Part shown: positions 13,251-26,294 of the stretch, piece after piece
How the letters are laid out: each line of letters opens with the position of its first letter
Position numbering within the stretch: position 1 is the stretch's first letter
NCBI GenBank assembly: GCA_951406725.2
Contig: OX597815.1
Coordinates: forward strand, 178,746,001 to 178,810,000
Direction: 5' to 3'
Source of the DNA: Octopus vulgaris
Lineage: Eukaryota
Length of the DNA stretch: 64,000 bases
The notes under the pieces: model-generated
Told to the model about the DNA's origin: nothing
Seen by the model: only the letters and a program-made list of their open reading frames with translations
The model's database searches: none
Program-made: the position numbers and the translations under genes

Positions 13251-13413
13251 ATAATATTATAATAAATTCATAGCGTCCCCCAAATCACTGCATTCCTCCC
13301 AACGCCTCCTTTTTCTCTACTGCCCCCAGGCACCCGCGCCCACTGGGGGGAATGGTAGCCACCACTTTGAGAATCTGTGATTTATAATAATGAAAATGAT
13401 GTTGAAACCGATA

Positions 13414-13780
13414 TAGGCGCAGGAGTGGCTGTGTGGTAAGTAGCTTGCTTACCAACCACATGGTTCCGGGTTCAGTCCCACTGCGTGGCATGTTGGGCAA
13501 GTGTCTTCTACTATAGCCTCGGGCCGACCAAAGCATTGTGAGTGGATTTGGTAGACGGAAACTGTGTGTGTATGTTTGTGTGTCTGTGTTTGTCCCCCCC
13601 AACATCGCTTGACAACCGATGCTGGTGTGTTTACGTCCCCATCACTTAGCGGTTCGGCAATAGAGACCGATAGAATAAGTACTGGGCTTACAAAGAATAA
13701 GTCCTGGGGTTGGGTTGCTCGACTAAAGGCAGTGCTCCAGCATGGCTGCAGTCAACTGACTGAAACAAGTAAAAGAGTAT
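13414..13780 (+). mobile_element. SINE family A
   Basis: Match to family. Confidence 0.9.
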
Positions 13781-14714
13781 AGGTGTTTGAACCATGACAG
13801 AAGCACACGAGATATGAGTATCTCGGTTTAGTCTCAAACAATTTTGTTACAACCACTATCAAAATTGATAAGACTCTTCACCACAAACCAACAATTTCTG
13901 AGTTGAAAATCCTGTAACTGAGATATCAAAATGACCAAGGTTAGTAAAATTTTTTTTAAAAACTACTTGAACTCAGATCAAACACAAAAATATTTGAAAT
14001 ATAAAAAGAAACTACAAAAACAACACAATTATTTACAGTAAACAAAGATATTGAAAAGAAAGAGAGAATGTTTTATATCAGGTTAGAAATTAGTTCTCAA
14101 CAAACAGAACTCAAAGTGGAGATGGAAGCATTCTTTGTTGAAATTGTCTGAGGAGAGAGTAATCATTCCGTCACTGATTTAAACTCAATTATTTCTTACA
14201 AAATATAATAAGAAAGAAAAGAATATTTACAGCAAAAATGTAAAAAGAAAAAAGAAATAATAGGCTGTGTGGTAAGAAGCTTGCTTCCCAATCAAATGGT
14301 GCCAGGTTCAGTCCCACTGTGCAGCACCTTGGGCAAGTGTCTTCTACTATTGCCTGAGGCCAACCAAAACCTTGTGAATGGGTTTGGTAGATGGAAACTG
14401 AAAGAAGCCCCCACGCTGACATGGGTTGGACAGTTTGACCATTCAACTTAACTTTTTCAAGGCTGTGCCCCAGTATGACCGCAGTCCATTGACTGAGACA
14501 AGCAAAAAGGTAAAAGGAAAGATAGTAAAGGTTTCTAATTTAGGGAGAAACCAACAATTTGAGGGGAGGAGTATAATCAATTATACTGACACCAATACGT
14601 GACTGGTACTTTATTTCGACCATGGCTGACAAGCTGGAGGGCTGCAGCAGACTCCAGTCTGATTTGGCATGGTTTCTATAGTTGGCAAATCAGACTGGAG
14701 TCATGGATATGTAT

Positions 14715-15393
14715 ATGACAGTGCCGCCTGACAGACACTCGTGCCTGTGGCACATAAAAAGCACAGAGCACTATTCAAACATTATCAATGCCAGTCCCAC
14801 CTGATAGGCTCCTGTGCCAGTGATACGCAAAAAAGCACCATTCAAGTATGGTTGACGCCAGTGCCGTTTGACTGGCCTCCATGCCAGTGGCACGTAAAAA
14901 GCACCCGCTACACTCTCGGAGTGGTAGGCGTTAGGAAGGGCATCCAGCTGTGAAAACCTTGCCTGATTAATTTGGAGCCTGGTGCAGCCTCCTGGCTTGC
15001 CAGTCCTCAGTCAAACCGTCCAACCCATGCCAGCATGGAAAGCTGACGTTAAACGATGATGATGGATGATATATCTGTGTCTATCCTTGACCACTAGTGG
15101 TAGTGAATTTTACATCCCTGTAAGAGCAGTTCAGCAGTCTTTAATAAAATACTGAAAAAAAGCACCATCCGAACGTGGCCGATGCCAGACCCCTCTGGCA
15201 CCTGTGCAGGTGGCACGTAAAAAACACCCACTACACTCGCGGAGTGGTTGGCGTTAGGAAGGGCATCCAGCTGTGAAACACTGCCAGACTAGACTGGAGC
15301 CTGGGGCAGTCCCGAGCTCTCCAGACCCCGGTCGAAACCGTCCAACCCGTGCTAGCGCGGAAAACGGACATTAAACGATGATGATGATGATGA
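14715..15393 (+). mobile_element. Two family B SINEs
   Basis: Two core-plus-(GAT)n-tail units. Confidence 0.85.
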
Positions 15394-15670
15394 TATCGGT
15401 TCATTCAACTAAACTTTTTTAAGGCTGTGTCCCAGTATGGCCGCAGTCCATTGACTGAGACAAGCAAAAAGGAAAGATAGTAAAGGTTTCTAATTTAGGG
15501 AGAAACCAACAATTTGAGGGGAGGAGTATAATCAATTATACTGACACCAATACGTGACTGGTACTTTATTTTATAGACCCTGGGGAGATGAAGGACAAAG
15601 TTGGCCTCAGCAAGACTTGAACTTAGACTATAAAGAGCTGAAAGAACTACCCCCAAGGCATTCTTCCAAC

Positions 15671-15946
15671 CAGGGCTGTGGAATTGAAACAAAAAACTTT
15701 GACTCCGACTCCGACTCCTCTACTATCGGCACCTCCGACTCCTCTTTATGTAATTAAGTGATTGTGGTCTACATATCTCATAAAACATATGCATACGCTT
15801 GTACTTAGAGTAGGCCTATATGTTATAACTGGTTTATATTAAAGAATAAAGACACTGGGAGTCAAGAATCAGAGTCCATATAGTTTTACCGACTCCGACT
15901 CCAGCTACCCCTTCATTGTTTCTGACTCTCCGACTCCACAGCCCTA
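15671..15946. mobile_element. hAT-like MITE
   Basis: Terminal repeats cagggctgtgga / tccacagcccta with an exact 8-bp TSD cttccaac; internal gactcc repeats. Confidence 0.8.
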
Positions 15947-16913
15947 CTTCCAACATGGATGATTTTGCCAATTGACTGCTATTTAAATTCTAGCAAGTTC
16001 AACTTTACCTTTCGTCATTTCAAAGTCAATAAATTAACAGCCAACGGCGGCAGCAGAAGCAGCAGCAGATTGCCGGAATTATTAGAGCATCACACAAAAT
16101 GCTTTGTGGCATCGATTCCAAACTCTTTGCTTTTCTGATAGCAATGACAGTGACAGCAACGGTGCCAAGCGATGTAATATAGGCCTAACCCTCTCTTCTG
16201 GTCAATGTTGGCGATGCGCAGAGGAGAGACTTACTCGCATGCAAGGGTAACTACCAAGCCCTCCAATAAGAATTTTTTTTAAAAAACCTATCTGAACCCA
16301 TGCTAATTCCATAATCTCACAACACACACACACAATTGGACATTTCTACATTCAAACAGGGACTTTTTTTTTTGTTCTCATAGAAATTAACATAATGCTT
16401 AATTTTCAGATGTTGATTATTATTGGACAATCACTAAAATGCATTTGCAAAATGTCAATTCCAAAAAGTATGCATTCTACCTTTATCTGTTTTCACAAGA
16501 TGCTTTTGTAGTCATGTCTTCTCTTTTTTTATTTTTTTGCCAACAGTATTTTGACAACCACTACTGCTACTATTATCATCAGCCAGACATTTGGGTTTTT
16601 TTTTTTTGTATAGTTTAGTCAATTAGTAGTAACAGATATAGGTGCAGGTGTGGTTGTGTAGCAAGAATCTTGCTTCTTGACTACATGGTCCAGGGTTCAG
16701 TCCCACTGCATGGCACCTTGGGCAAGTGTCTTCTACAACCAAAGCCATGGTGGTGATGATGATGGTGATCAGTCGTTATTATATATCTAAAGGTGTACCA
16801 ATAAAGTTCATAACTGCCCCACTCCACCATACCGCCAACTAAAAAATTCATCTGTTTTACCATTATCTTTCCATTATTAGACTTCACAAAGTTTTTTTTT
16901 CAGGAAAATAATT

Positions 16914-17278
16914 GGCACTCTGTCAAATACGACGATGACGAGGGTTCCAGTTGATCCGATCAATGGAACAAACTGACCATGAAATTAACATGCAAGTGGC
17001 TGAGCACCCTACAGACATGTGTACCCTTAACATAGTTCTCAGGGAGATTCAGCATGACAAAGAGTGTGACAAGGCTGGCCCCTTTGAAATACAAGTGCAA
17101 CAGAAAGAAAGTTGTGGTGAAAGAGTACAGTAGGGGTCACCACCATACCCTACCGGAGCCTCATGGAGCTTTAGGTGTTTTTCGCTCAACACACACTCAC
17201 AACGCCCAGTCTGAGAATCGAAACCGTGATCCCAGGACTGCGAGTCTGTTGCCCTAACCACTAGGCTATTGCACCTCC
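16914..17278 (-). mobile_element. SINE family D, tail type 1
   Basis: Reverse-complement match to 36203-36576. Confidence 0.8.
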
Positions 17279-17302
17279 ATGTAACTCTCTCTCTCTCTCA
17301 AT

Positions 17303-17675
17303 GTTTAGCGGTATTTCGTCTGCTGTTACGTTCTGAGTTCAAATTCCACCAAGGTCGACTTTGCCTTTCATCCTTACGGAGTCGATTAATAAAGTACCAG
17401 TTACGCACTGGGGTCAATCTAATCGACTTAATCCATTTGCCTGTCCTTGTTTGTCCTCTCTGTGTTTAGCCCCTTGTGGGTAGTAAAGAAATAGGTATTT
17501 CGTCTGTCTTTATGTTCTGAGTTCAAATTCCGCCAAGGTAGACTTGGCCTTTCATTCTTTCAGGGGCGATAAATAAAGTACCAGTTAAGCACTGGAGCTG
17601 ATGTAATCGACTTAATCCCTTTGTCTGTCTTTGTTTGTCCTCTCTGTGTTTAGTTCCTTGTGGGCAATAAAGAAA
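17303..17675 (+). mobile_element. SINE family C tandem dimer
   Basis: Second unit restarts at ggtatttcgtc. Confidence 0.8.
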
Positions 17676-18624
17676 TATATATATATATATATATCGAGAG
17701 AGAGAGAGAGAGATAAGACACCATAGTCATTCCAATAATTGAGCCTGTTTTGGAAGTTATGTATGTACATGCTGATAAATAAATCTGCAAAGGAAGCTGG
17801 TTGCCATAGAGCTTGACTGACATTCAGAATCAATCAGCAATTTGTATTTTATCTTCGTCAGCTCTTCTGCATGTCACTGCTGTTCATTTGGTTAATGACC
17901 AGCAACTGGTTATCATTACCATGGCTAAACAGCAGCAGCATCTGAACAAGTTTCCTTTTAGGTTGTTTTTTTTTTGTTTTTTTCCCCTGTTTCCGTAAGA
18001 GTGATAGCATTGAAAACTCGACATGTGCTTCGTCAGGTTACCTTAATAGTTGACATGGTTTCCAACACAAAAAGAGAAACTCCTTGAGACTCTTCAACAT
18101 TGATTGATAAAGACAAATCAATTTTGGCAAACAGTAAAAGCAATTAAGACTTTCAGCAAACTTGGCCACAAACAAGCAAAGGAACCCTTATCCAGTCACT
18201 TGACCTATATAACAAACAGTAGTGAAATCACCTCCAGATCACATTCTGCCGTTTTAAAACGAGAAGGACACACTGGACAACGTAGTCTGAGATTAAAAAG
18301 AAAACAAACAAGTCATCGGTCTACTTGATGAAAATTGATCTGGGACAAGCTTAACCGTGGAATTTTATGCTGCAGTGACCTTCCGTTTCAAGACAGCTAG
18401 GTGTTTGGTTTTCTGATTCCCTGAAGAATAAAGGCACCAAATGCTAATGGTTGATTGGTACTTTCAATGAAATCTCTTATAAGAGGAGAACTGTCAAAAT
18501 ATTGTTCTTCCACGATTACATTGTAAGTAATACAAAAATGGCCCCAACCTTTTTATTAACCGACATAGGTCATTCGAATTGCACATGTTGGTAGATCATC
18601 ATTTCAGACAAATAGTGAGTTCCA

Positions 18625-18720
18625 AGTAGAAGCAACGTGCAGTTATTGAGTACTTGATAAAGCTGGGATGCAAGCTGCCCAACATCCACAGAAAGTTGTT
18701 TATGGGGATTATATCATTAA
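18625..18720 (+). pseudogene. Mariner transposase N-terminal fragment
   Basis: KQRAVIEYLIKLGCKLPNIHRKL. Confidence 0.5.
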
Positions 18721-19199
18721 CACAAGTAATGTGCATAGACAAAGACACTCTGGTACTGCAAGCTTCCAAAAAGGATTCTTTGTACCTTTCTCTGCTAAAT
18801 ACACAAATAGTAATCTCGACATCGGCTGAGTTTTATATATTTCTGCTAACAACTGAAATTCCAAAATTAATTGAACAATGCAAAACTGCTTCACTAAGAA
18901 AATAGCTTCGGCTAAAGCAGCTAAGCTACCGGGAAGGATGGATCCCAAGTTTTGAAGCTCTTTTCCCTAAACTAGAGAAGAGAATTAACACAGCTCCATC
19001 CAAACAATTAAACAGAAGGAGATATCACCATCATCATTTAACATCCATTTTCCATGCTGGTATGGTTGGACGGCTTGATAGGAGAGGGCAAGGCTATTTT
19101 GGCATAGTTTCTATAGCTGGGTGCCCTTCCTGATCCCAGCCACTTTATAGAATATACTAAGTACCTTTAACATGGCACCAAGCAGAGTTTCAGATTCTG

Positions 19200-19890
19200 T
19201 TATACTGTCAAATGAACAAGGAACTGAAAGATACGCTCAACTAATGACAATTGATCAAAGACACATTACAACAAGCACCTGCATTTAAATGGCTCCGTTT
19301 ATTTATCTAACAACGCAATGAATGCTGAGGTCCATCACATATTTCAAACATGGCCTGGATAAGATTTTCTGTGTCCCAGAACTGCCATCTTCAGCAGGAT
19401 ATCTATTTCTTTACTGCCGACAAGGGGCTAAACACAGAGGAGACAAACAAGGACAGACAGATGGATTAAGTCGATTACATCGACCCCAGTGCGTAACTGG
19501 TACTTAATTAAGGCGGCGAGCTGGCAGAAACGCTAGCACGCCGGGCGAAATGCTTAGCGGTATTTCGTCTGCATTACGTTGTGAGTTCAAATTCCGCCGA
19601 GGTCGACTTTGCCTTTCATCCTTTCGGGGTCGATAAATTAAGTCCCAGTTACGCACTGGGGTCGATGTAATCGACTTAATACCTATGTCTGTCCTTGTTT
19701 GTCTCCTCTGTGTTTAGCCCCTTGTGGGTAATAAAGAAATAGGTACTTAATTTATCGACCCCGAAAGGATGAAAGGCAAAGTCGACCTCGGCGGAATTTG
19801 AACTCAGAACGTAACGGCAGACGAAATGCGTTAGCAGGATACCATCAGTATAGAGTAGCCTCCATCCATCAACTCATTCCTTCACCAACT
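19200..19890 (+). pseudogene. CR1-like LINE 3' remnant split by a composite family C SINE
   Basis: FKHGLDKIFCVPELPSSAGY resembles the CR1 C-terminus. The insert is flanked by TSD agcaggata (19393-19401 / 19833-19841). Confidence 0.55.
19402..19832. mobile_element. Composite family C SINE (plus copy nested in minus copy)
   Basis: Inner copy 19510-19741 flanked by ggtacttaatt. Confidence 0.85.
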
Positions 19891-20749
19891 ACACACACAC
19901 ACATACACACAGAGAAAAAACCTAAAGTACAAACACTATAAAACATGATACAGTGCACAGAGCATTGCTCCAGCATGGCCAAAACTCACAATGTTTCAAC
20001 AAACCAATTAAAGAACAAATATCAGAAGAAGATTTAAATGGCCATCTCTAGTGTGAATTTGAAAATAAAAGAATAACAAAGATGAGGAGGGGTCGACAGG
20101 AAACGGTAACCACTGAAGCAGAAATACCTGTCCAATTTATTTACCATAACAACATCGAGTTAAAGGAGCATCTAATTTTAAAAACATGTGTTGTAAACGT
20201 GGAGCTAAATTATTTACTCAAGCCCACAACCGACCTCTTACAAAATACAAAACAAAAAAAACAAAAAACAGCCAAGAATAACGAAAATAGGCAACAAGTA
20301 ATTTTTCTCTAACGTATCTATAATATAATACGAAATCAATAGAGAGTGGTGATGAAGATCAGCTTTGAACTGTTGATAGAGAATGCTCTAATTCAGTTAA
20401 TATCCATTAACCGTAAAATGATAATCAACAAAAAAAAAAGCTGTTGGTCTTGTTAGCCATTAATCAACTAATTTATAATAAGACAGTCTAGATGAAGAAA
20501 GAAGTAAAGAAATAAGACACTTGCTCACATGATAAAAGATAGAGTGATGGGTGAATAATCTAATGCTATTTAAAAAAAAAAAATGACGTCAGACGTGTTG
20601 TTCTGTTGCAGTGTACACAAAAACAGAGTGTGTGTGTGTGTGTGTGTGTATACGTGCTGACAATCAGCTGGTAAATAAACATATTTAGGTTTTAATGATT
20701 ATGGGCATCTGTTATATAAATATATATATATATTCTTTTATTCGTCTAT

Positions 20750-22030
20750 CTGTTTCAGTCATTTGACTGCGGCGGTGCAGGAGCACCAGCCTTTAGGTCG
20801 GATAAATCTACCCCCCAGGACTTATTCTTTGTAAGCCTGGTACTTATTCTATCAGGCTCTTTTTGCCGAACCGCTAAGTTATGGGAACGTAAACACACCA
20901 ACAGCGGTTGTCAAGCGATGGTGGTGAGCCAAACACAGACACAAACAACAAACACATACATATATACACATAAACATATATACATTATATATATATATAT
21001 ATATATATCGGGCTTCTTTTAGTTTCCGTCTACCAAATCCACTCATGAGGCTTTGGTCGGCTTGAGGCTATAGTAAAAGACACTTGCCCAAGGTGCATTG
21101 CAGTGGGACTGAACCTGGAACCATGTGGTTGGGAAGCAAGCCTCTTATCACAAAGCCACTATATATATATAATTTGCTTGTTTGTTTCTATGTCAAGTTA
21201 TATATTGTTTAATTTTTTATTTGTTTCAGTCATTTGACAGCGGCCATGCTAGAGCACCGCATTTAGTCGAACAAATCAACCCCCAGGACTTATTCTCTGT
21301 AAGCCTAGTACTTATTCTATCAGACTCTTTTTGCTGAACCACTAAATTATGGGACGTAAACACACCAATATCGGTTGTCAAGCGATGGTGAGGGGACAAA
21401 CACAGACACAAACATATATATATATGTATATATACGATGGGCTTCTTTCAGTTTCTATTTACCAAATCTACTGAGGCTATAGTAGAAGACACTTGCCCAA
21501 GGAGCCACGCAGTGGGACTGAACCCGGAACCAAGTGGTTGGTAAGCAAGCTTCTTACCACACAGCCACACCTGCGCCTATAAAAAAAAATAATTTAATGA
21601 GAAACAAGAATTAATACTTTTTTTAATAGTGAATGTTTATTAAACTTTCACAAGAGGAACAACAGTCACCCCTTGTAAATGTGTAGGGGGGGGGAGGCTG
21701 TGTGGGTAAGAAGTTTGCTTTCCAACCACATGACTCTGGGTTCAGGCCAACTGCGTGGCACTTTGGGGCAAGTGTCATCTATAACCCTGGGCCGACCAAA
21801 GCCTTGAGAATGGATTTTCTGGACAGAAACTGAAGAAGTGAATTGTGTGTGTTTTTGTGTCTGTCCCCCACCACTGACTGACTGCTGTTGGTTTGTTTAC
21901 GTCCCTTTGACAGAGCAGTTTCGCAAAGGAGACTGATAAAATAAGTACCAGGCTTAACCAATTAAATAAGTACCGGGGCCAATTCAATCTACTACAGATT
22001 CTTCAAGGAAGTGCTCCCACATGGCCACAT
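20750..22030. mobile_element. Cluster of three family A SINEs (20750-21160 -, 21220-21579 -, 21695-22030 +)
   Basis: Match to family. Confidence 0.85.
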
Positions 22031-22334
22031 GTGTGTGTGTGTGTGTGGTGTGTGTGTGTGTGTATATATATATATGTGGAGGCACAATGGCCCAGTGGTT
22101 AGGGCAGCGGACTCGCGGTTGTAGGATCGCGGTTTCAATTCTCAGACCGGGCGTTGTGAGTGTTTATTGAGCAAAAACAGTGGTGATCCCTGCTGCAAAG
22201 CTTCGGGCTAGCCAAAGCCTTGCGAGTGGATTTGATAGATGGAAACTGAAAGAAGCCAGTCATGTGTGTGTGTGTGTGTGTGTGTGTGTGGACTGTGAGA
22301 TTGAGAAAGACAGTAAAGAAGTCTATAGAGAGTT

Positions 22335-22605
22335 ATCATCATCGTTTAACATCCGTTTTCCATGCTGGCATGGGTTGGATGGTTCAACCGGGGTCTGGTG
22401 AGCCATGGAGGCTGCACCAGGCTCTAGTCTGATCTGGCAGTGTTTCTACAGCTGGATGCCCTTCCTAACGCCAACCATTCCGTGAGTGTAGTGGGTGTTT
22501 TTTTACGTGCCACCAGCACAAGGGCCAGAAGAGGCTGGCAAACAGCCACGATCGGTTGGTGCTTTTATGCGTCACCATCACGGACGCCAGTCAGACAGCG
22601 CTGAA
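22335..22605 (-). mobile_element. SINE family B
   Basis: Reverse-complement match. Confidence 0.85.
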
Positions 22606-22793
22606 AATATTTTTGATTTGGTCTTAATTGAATAACATACCAAGTACAGGACAACATTGCTCTACTATTCTATATTTTTGAGATGAGGAATTATGTACAT
22701 TATTTACCATCCTACAGTTCTATATTTAAGAGATGAGGAATTATTTACATTATTTACATTTGACGGATATTTGTCCTCATCTTGTTTGTTGCT

Positions 22794-22836
22794 AACACGT
22801 TTTGGCTGATATACCCTCCAGCCTTCATCAGGTGTC
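22794..22836 (-). ncRNA. Minimal hammerhead motif (family E), inverted partner, G12 mutated
   Basis: Reverse complement GACAC-CTGATGA-A-GGCTG...CAGCC-AAAA-CGTGTT. Confidence 0.6.
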
Positions 22837-22892
22837 TTGGGGTAATTGAAAAATACCTTAGGAATGAGAATCCAGGTTCAAAATTTCTGAAA

Positions 22893-22935
22893 GACACCTG
22901 ATGAAGGCTGGAGGGTATATCAGCCGAAAAGTGTT
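22893..22935 (+). ncRNA. Minimal hammerhead motif (family E), cleavage region deleted
   Basis: GACAC-CTGATGA-A-GGCTG-gagggtatat-CAGCC-GAAA-a-GTGTT. Confidence 0.7.
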
Positions 22936-23348
22936 AACAACAAGCAAGATGAGGACAAATATCCGTCAAATGTAAATAATGTAACACTTCATCCTGTATC
23001 CACAGTCACCTCAGGGCGTCCAAGATTCACCAATACATGGCACTTTAGGTGAATGCTTTTGTTTTACAATTTGTCTTTTTTTGTATTTTAACCACACATT
23101 TTAATCTGAATGTGGGGAATGAAAACTATGCTGAAACTTGTCATGTGTGTGTGTGTGTGTGTGTGTGTCTAAATTTCAGTATATTATTAAAGGATATAAT
23201 CACTGCTGAGGGAAAAAAAAAACTGGTGTTCTTCCAACAAAAACCATCTAATAGACACTCCATTACCATCCTCACCATCAGAAGTACTGTGAAGCCATGA
23301 TTGGAAATCTATATCCAACAACATTCTTGTTCAAAAATTATGATATAA

Positions 23349-23740
23349 CTAGCAGTATCGCCTGGTGTTGCTCGGGTTTGTTTCAACCCTTTAGAATTGG
23401 AATTTTTGAAAAGTAAAAATTTTGCATTATGTAGCTTGTTATTCACTTTAGGTGAACATTTTTCTGGTTGAAATACACTGAAAAATGGCGACACAGCAAT
23501 CAAAAAATCATAAAAAATAGGGATTTTCATAGAAAAAAATCACCTTTTTGATATAAATAATTTTTGGTGCTAACATGGTCCGATTTGAATTTTATCTTCT
23601 ACAGAATGAAGAGCAAGCCTTCTTCTATCATACTCTCAATTTTGGTCAACTTGCACCACAGGGTCTTGGAGGAGATAGTGTTAGTTGAAGGCTACCAAAC
23701 CTGCCATACACAGACAACTTCAGCTTTATATATAGAGAGA
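23349..23740 (-). mobile_element. Non-autonomous Helitron
   Basis: 5' TC(TCTATATATAAAG), 3' hairpin ending CTAG; same family as 40851-41244. Confidence 0.75.
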
Positions 23741-25195
23741 TAAATAAGTAAACATGGAAAAAAAGAGAAGCATTCTAAACTTCCAATAAAACCAACTTCA
23801 AGAAATACCTGTAGCTCAAAATTTCACAGTTAATTAATGAACAACAAGATTCTTTATAAAATCACAGAAATTCTTGATCAGCAACGCCAACAGCCTGAAC
23901 CAACATTTAGCATCTGACTTGTGTTTTCCTCGATGTCATTATGGTAAAGCATTGCAGGAATTTTATAGTTTGATCAGAAACCACTTAAAGGAATATTTGA
24001 ATAGTCCGTCTGTCTTGTGCAGATGGACTGTTCAAATATTTCTCCAATCGAGTAATTTACACAGAGAATGCAAAGAACTCGGCAGCGGGGAGAAAAGAAA
24101 AACCATCTATTTTCAGACAATGTAAAGAGAAGACGTATCTGTTAATGGTCGAAACGGTTTGAGGAAATTACGGAATTGTTTGCTTTTGTCGACGAAAACA
24201 ATCATTTGAACTGATAATCATTTATATTCAGCCATGATATAACGAGAGAGCCGGTAGTAATATGGCTGAAGACAACAGCAAACTACTAAATGATATTTAG
24301 GGCATTTGTACATTGTGTTCAAGAATGTAAAACATAGCAAATAATTGATTAACACACACTGAAGAATTAGGACTAAAAAAAAAAAAAAAAAAAAATGGAA
24401 TAATTATTAATATGACAGGCTGCAGTTGGGAGTACCAGTGCCTAGGGCTAGCATTTAATTCTGGTTTCTAGACAACCACTCCCATGAAAACAATTACTGT
24501 TAAGTCAATAGCTCCAAGCAGAATAACTAAGCAAAGAGAAAAATCTGAACATTAAAAAAAAAAATTATATGAGAAGGAAACAGGGAAAGATTTTTATGTT
24601 TATATATAAAAAAAAAAAAGGAATTTTCACTTAAAACAAAAAAATCAAAATTATGGATTTTTTTCCTCTTAGGTTCTGGTACTCAAGTTATAAGATTCTG
24701 TGTTTTAATGAGCCTTGAACAGGCATTCCTATACCTCATTCCTGTCCCATCATACTCACTGTATTGCTAATTGCCAAAAGAATGCCACCATATCAAATGC
24801 CATATCAGCATAGAATTGATGTACTAAAACCAATGCCTCCTATTACCTAACCCAGTGACCTATGAACCCATTTGATTCCCACTTTACTTGGTTCGACCCT
24901 CACACACATTCAATGCTTTCAAAAATCCTATCATATTTTTATGATTAAATTTTATTTAGCAATTGTATTAAAAAACTGCTAAAGTATTTTGTGTATCAGA
25001 AGAATGACCAGTTTATCAGACATAGATTTAAGCAGCAAAATCTTATGTGGACTCTCAAGGGTCATGTGGACACCAAATGAAAAACCCTATGAATAAGATA
25101 CAAATATAGCACATGGACATTTCCAGAGTTTTTATCACAATGTGATAATGTAACTGCCCCATCTCACCTCTACCACACTAAAAATCACCAATATA

Positions 25196-25516
25196 TTAGA
25201 ATCAAAGGGCATTAGAGTCAACCTAACTAAAACCAAAGTCCTAACAAGTAGGAAGGCAGACAAACCACAAATCCCTTCAGGTAGATGGCCCTGCTCGATC
25301 TGTAGTAGAGGTGTAAGTAGAAACTCTATAAGATGTACCCCGTGTAAGCTATGGACATATAAGAAGTGCAGCAATATCAAAGGAAGGCTAACTGGGAAGA
25401 TAGTTTTTGCATGTGGCAGATGCTCAGGAGCAATAAACACTGAAAATGTGCAGAGAACAACTTCTGCTACATTCCAAGGAGAAAAACTAGAAGTAGTTGA
25501 TAGCTTCTGTTACCTA
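25196..25516 (+). pseudogene. RTE-clade LINE reverse transcriptase fragment with embedded PHD-like finger
   Basis: Open frame LESKGIRVNLTKTKVL...WPCSICSRGVSRNSIRCTPCKLWTYKKCS...FACGRC...LEVVDSFCYL. Confidence 0.8.
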
Positions 25517-25980
25517 AAATACGTTAGGAATGAGAACCCAGGTTCGAAATTTCCCTAAGACACCTGATGAAGGCTGGAGGGTATATAAGCCGAAACATTG
25601 TGTGAACAACAAACAAGATCATCATTATCATCATCATCGTTTGACGGCCGTTTTCCATGCTAGCATGGGTTGAATGGTTCAACTGGGGTCTGGGGAGCCA
25701 GTAGGCTGCACCAGGCCCAGTCTGATCTGGCAGTGTTTCTACAGCTGGATGCCCTTCCTAACGCCAACCACTCCGTGAGTGTAGTGGGCGCTTTTTACGT
25801 GCCACTTGCACGGGGGCCAGACGAGGCTGGCAACGGCCACAATCGGATGGTGCTTTTTACATGCCACCAGCACAGAGGCCAGTCGGGGCGGCGCTGGCAA
25901 CGGCCACGTTCAGATGGTTCTCTTATGTGCCACCAGCACTGGTACCACAGAGGACAAATATTCGTCAAATGTAAATAATG
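25517..25980 (+). mobile_element. Family E copy interrupted by a family B SINE (25620-25946)
   Basis: The E sequence ...aacaaacaagat | gaggacaaatattcgtcaaatg resumes after the B insert. Confidence 0.7.
25559..25604 (+). ncRNA. Minimal hammerhead motif (family E), most intact copy
   Basis: GACAC-CTGATGA-A-GGCT...AGCC-GAAA-CATT|GTGTG. Confidence 0.7.
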
Positions 25981-26294
25981 ACGAAGTTATTTTACCATAT
26001 TTTTCATTATTTTAAAAACTATCTGAAAGAAATGCATTGTATGTCTCAGGGCCAGATTAAGACCCATAGCACTTTATATATATACACTGGAGTAAGCACA
26101 TAAATGTGAAACACAGTGGATAAAATAGTACTTGACTACCAGAAGTAGAGTAATGTGCTTTATTAATAAAGCTGCAAAGACATCAACCAAAACTGTCCAA
26201 TGAATGGGAAAATGAAACTCTGAGTAACTGTTTTTGTGATGTCTTTGCAGATTTATCAATAAAGTGCATGCACGTGTGTGTGTAATTCAAAATA

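Larger units (their letters stand above)
22717..22983. mobile_element. Family E head-to-head inverted dimer (Penelope pLTR-like)
   Basis: 22745-22845 is the reverse complement of about 22885-22983. Each arm carries a hammerhead motif and the left arm is longer. Confidence 0.75.

Noticed and set aside
17985-18042. CTGACGA on the minus strand with a short stem
   Set aside because: No GAAA directly after the stem and no stem I; likewise for isolated CTGANGA hits at 11040, 33649 and 46030.
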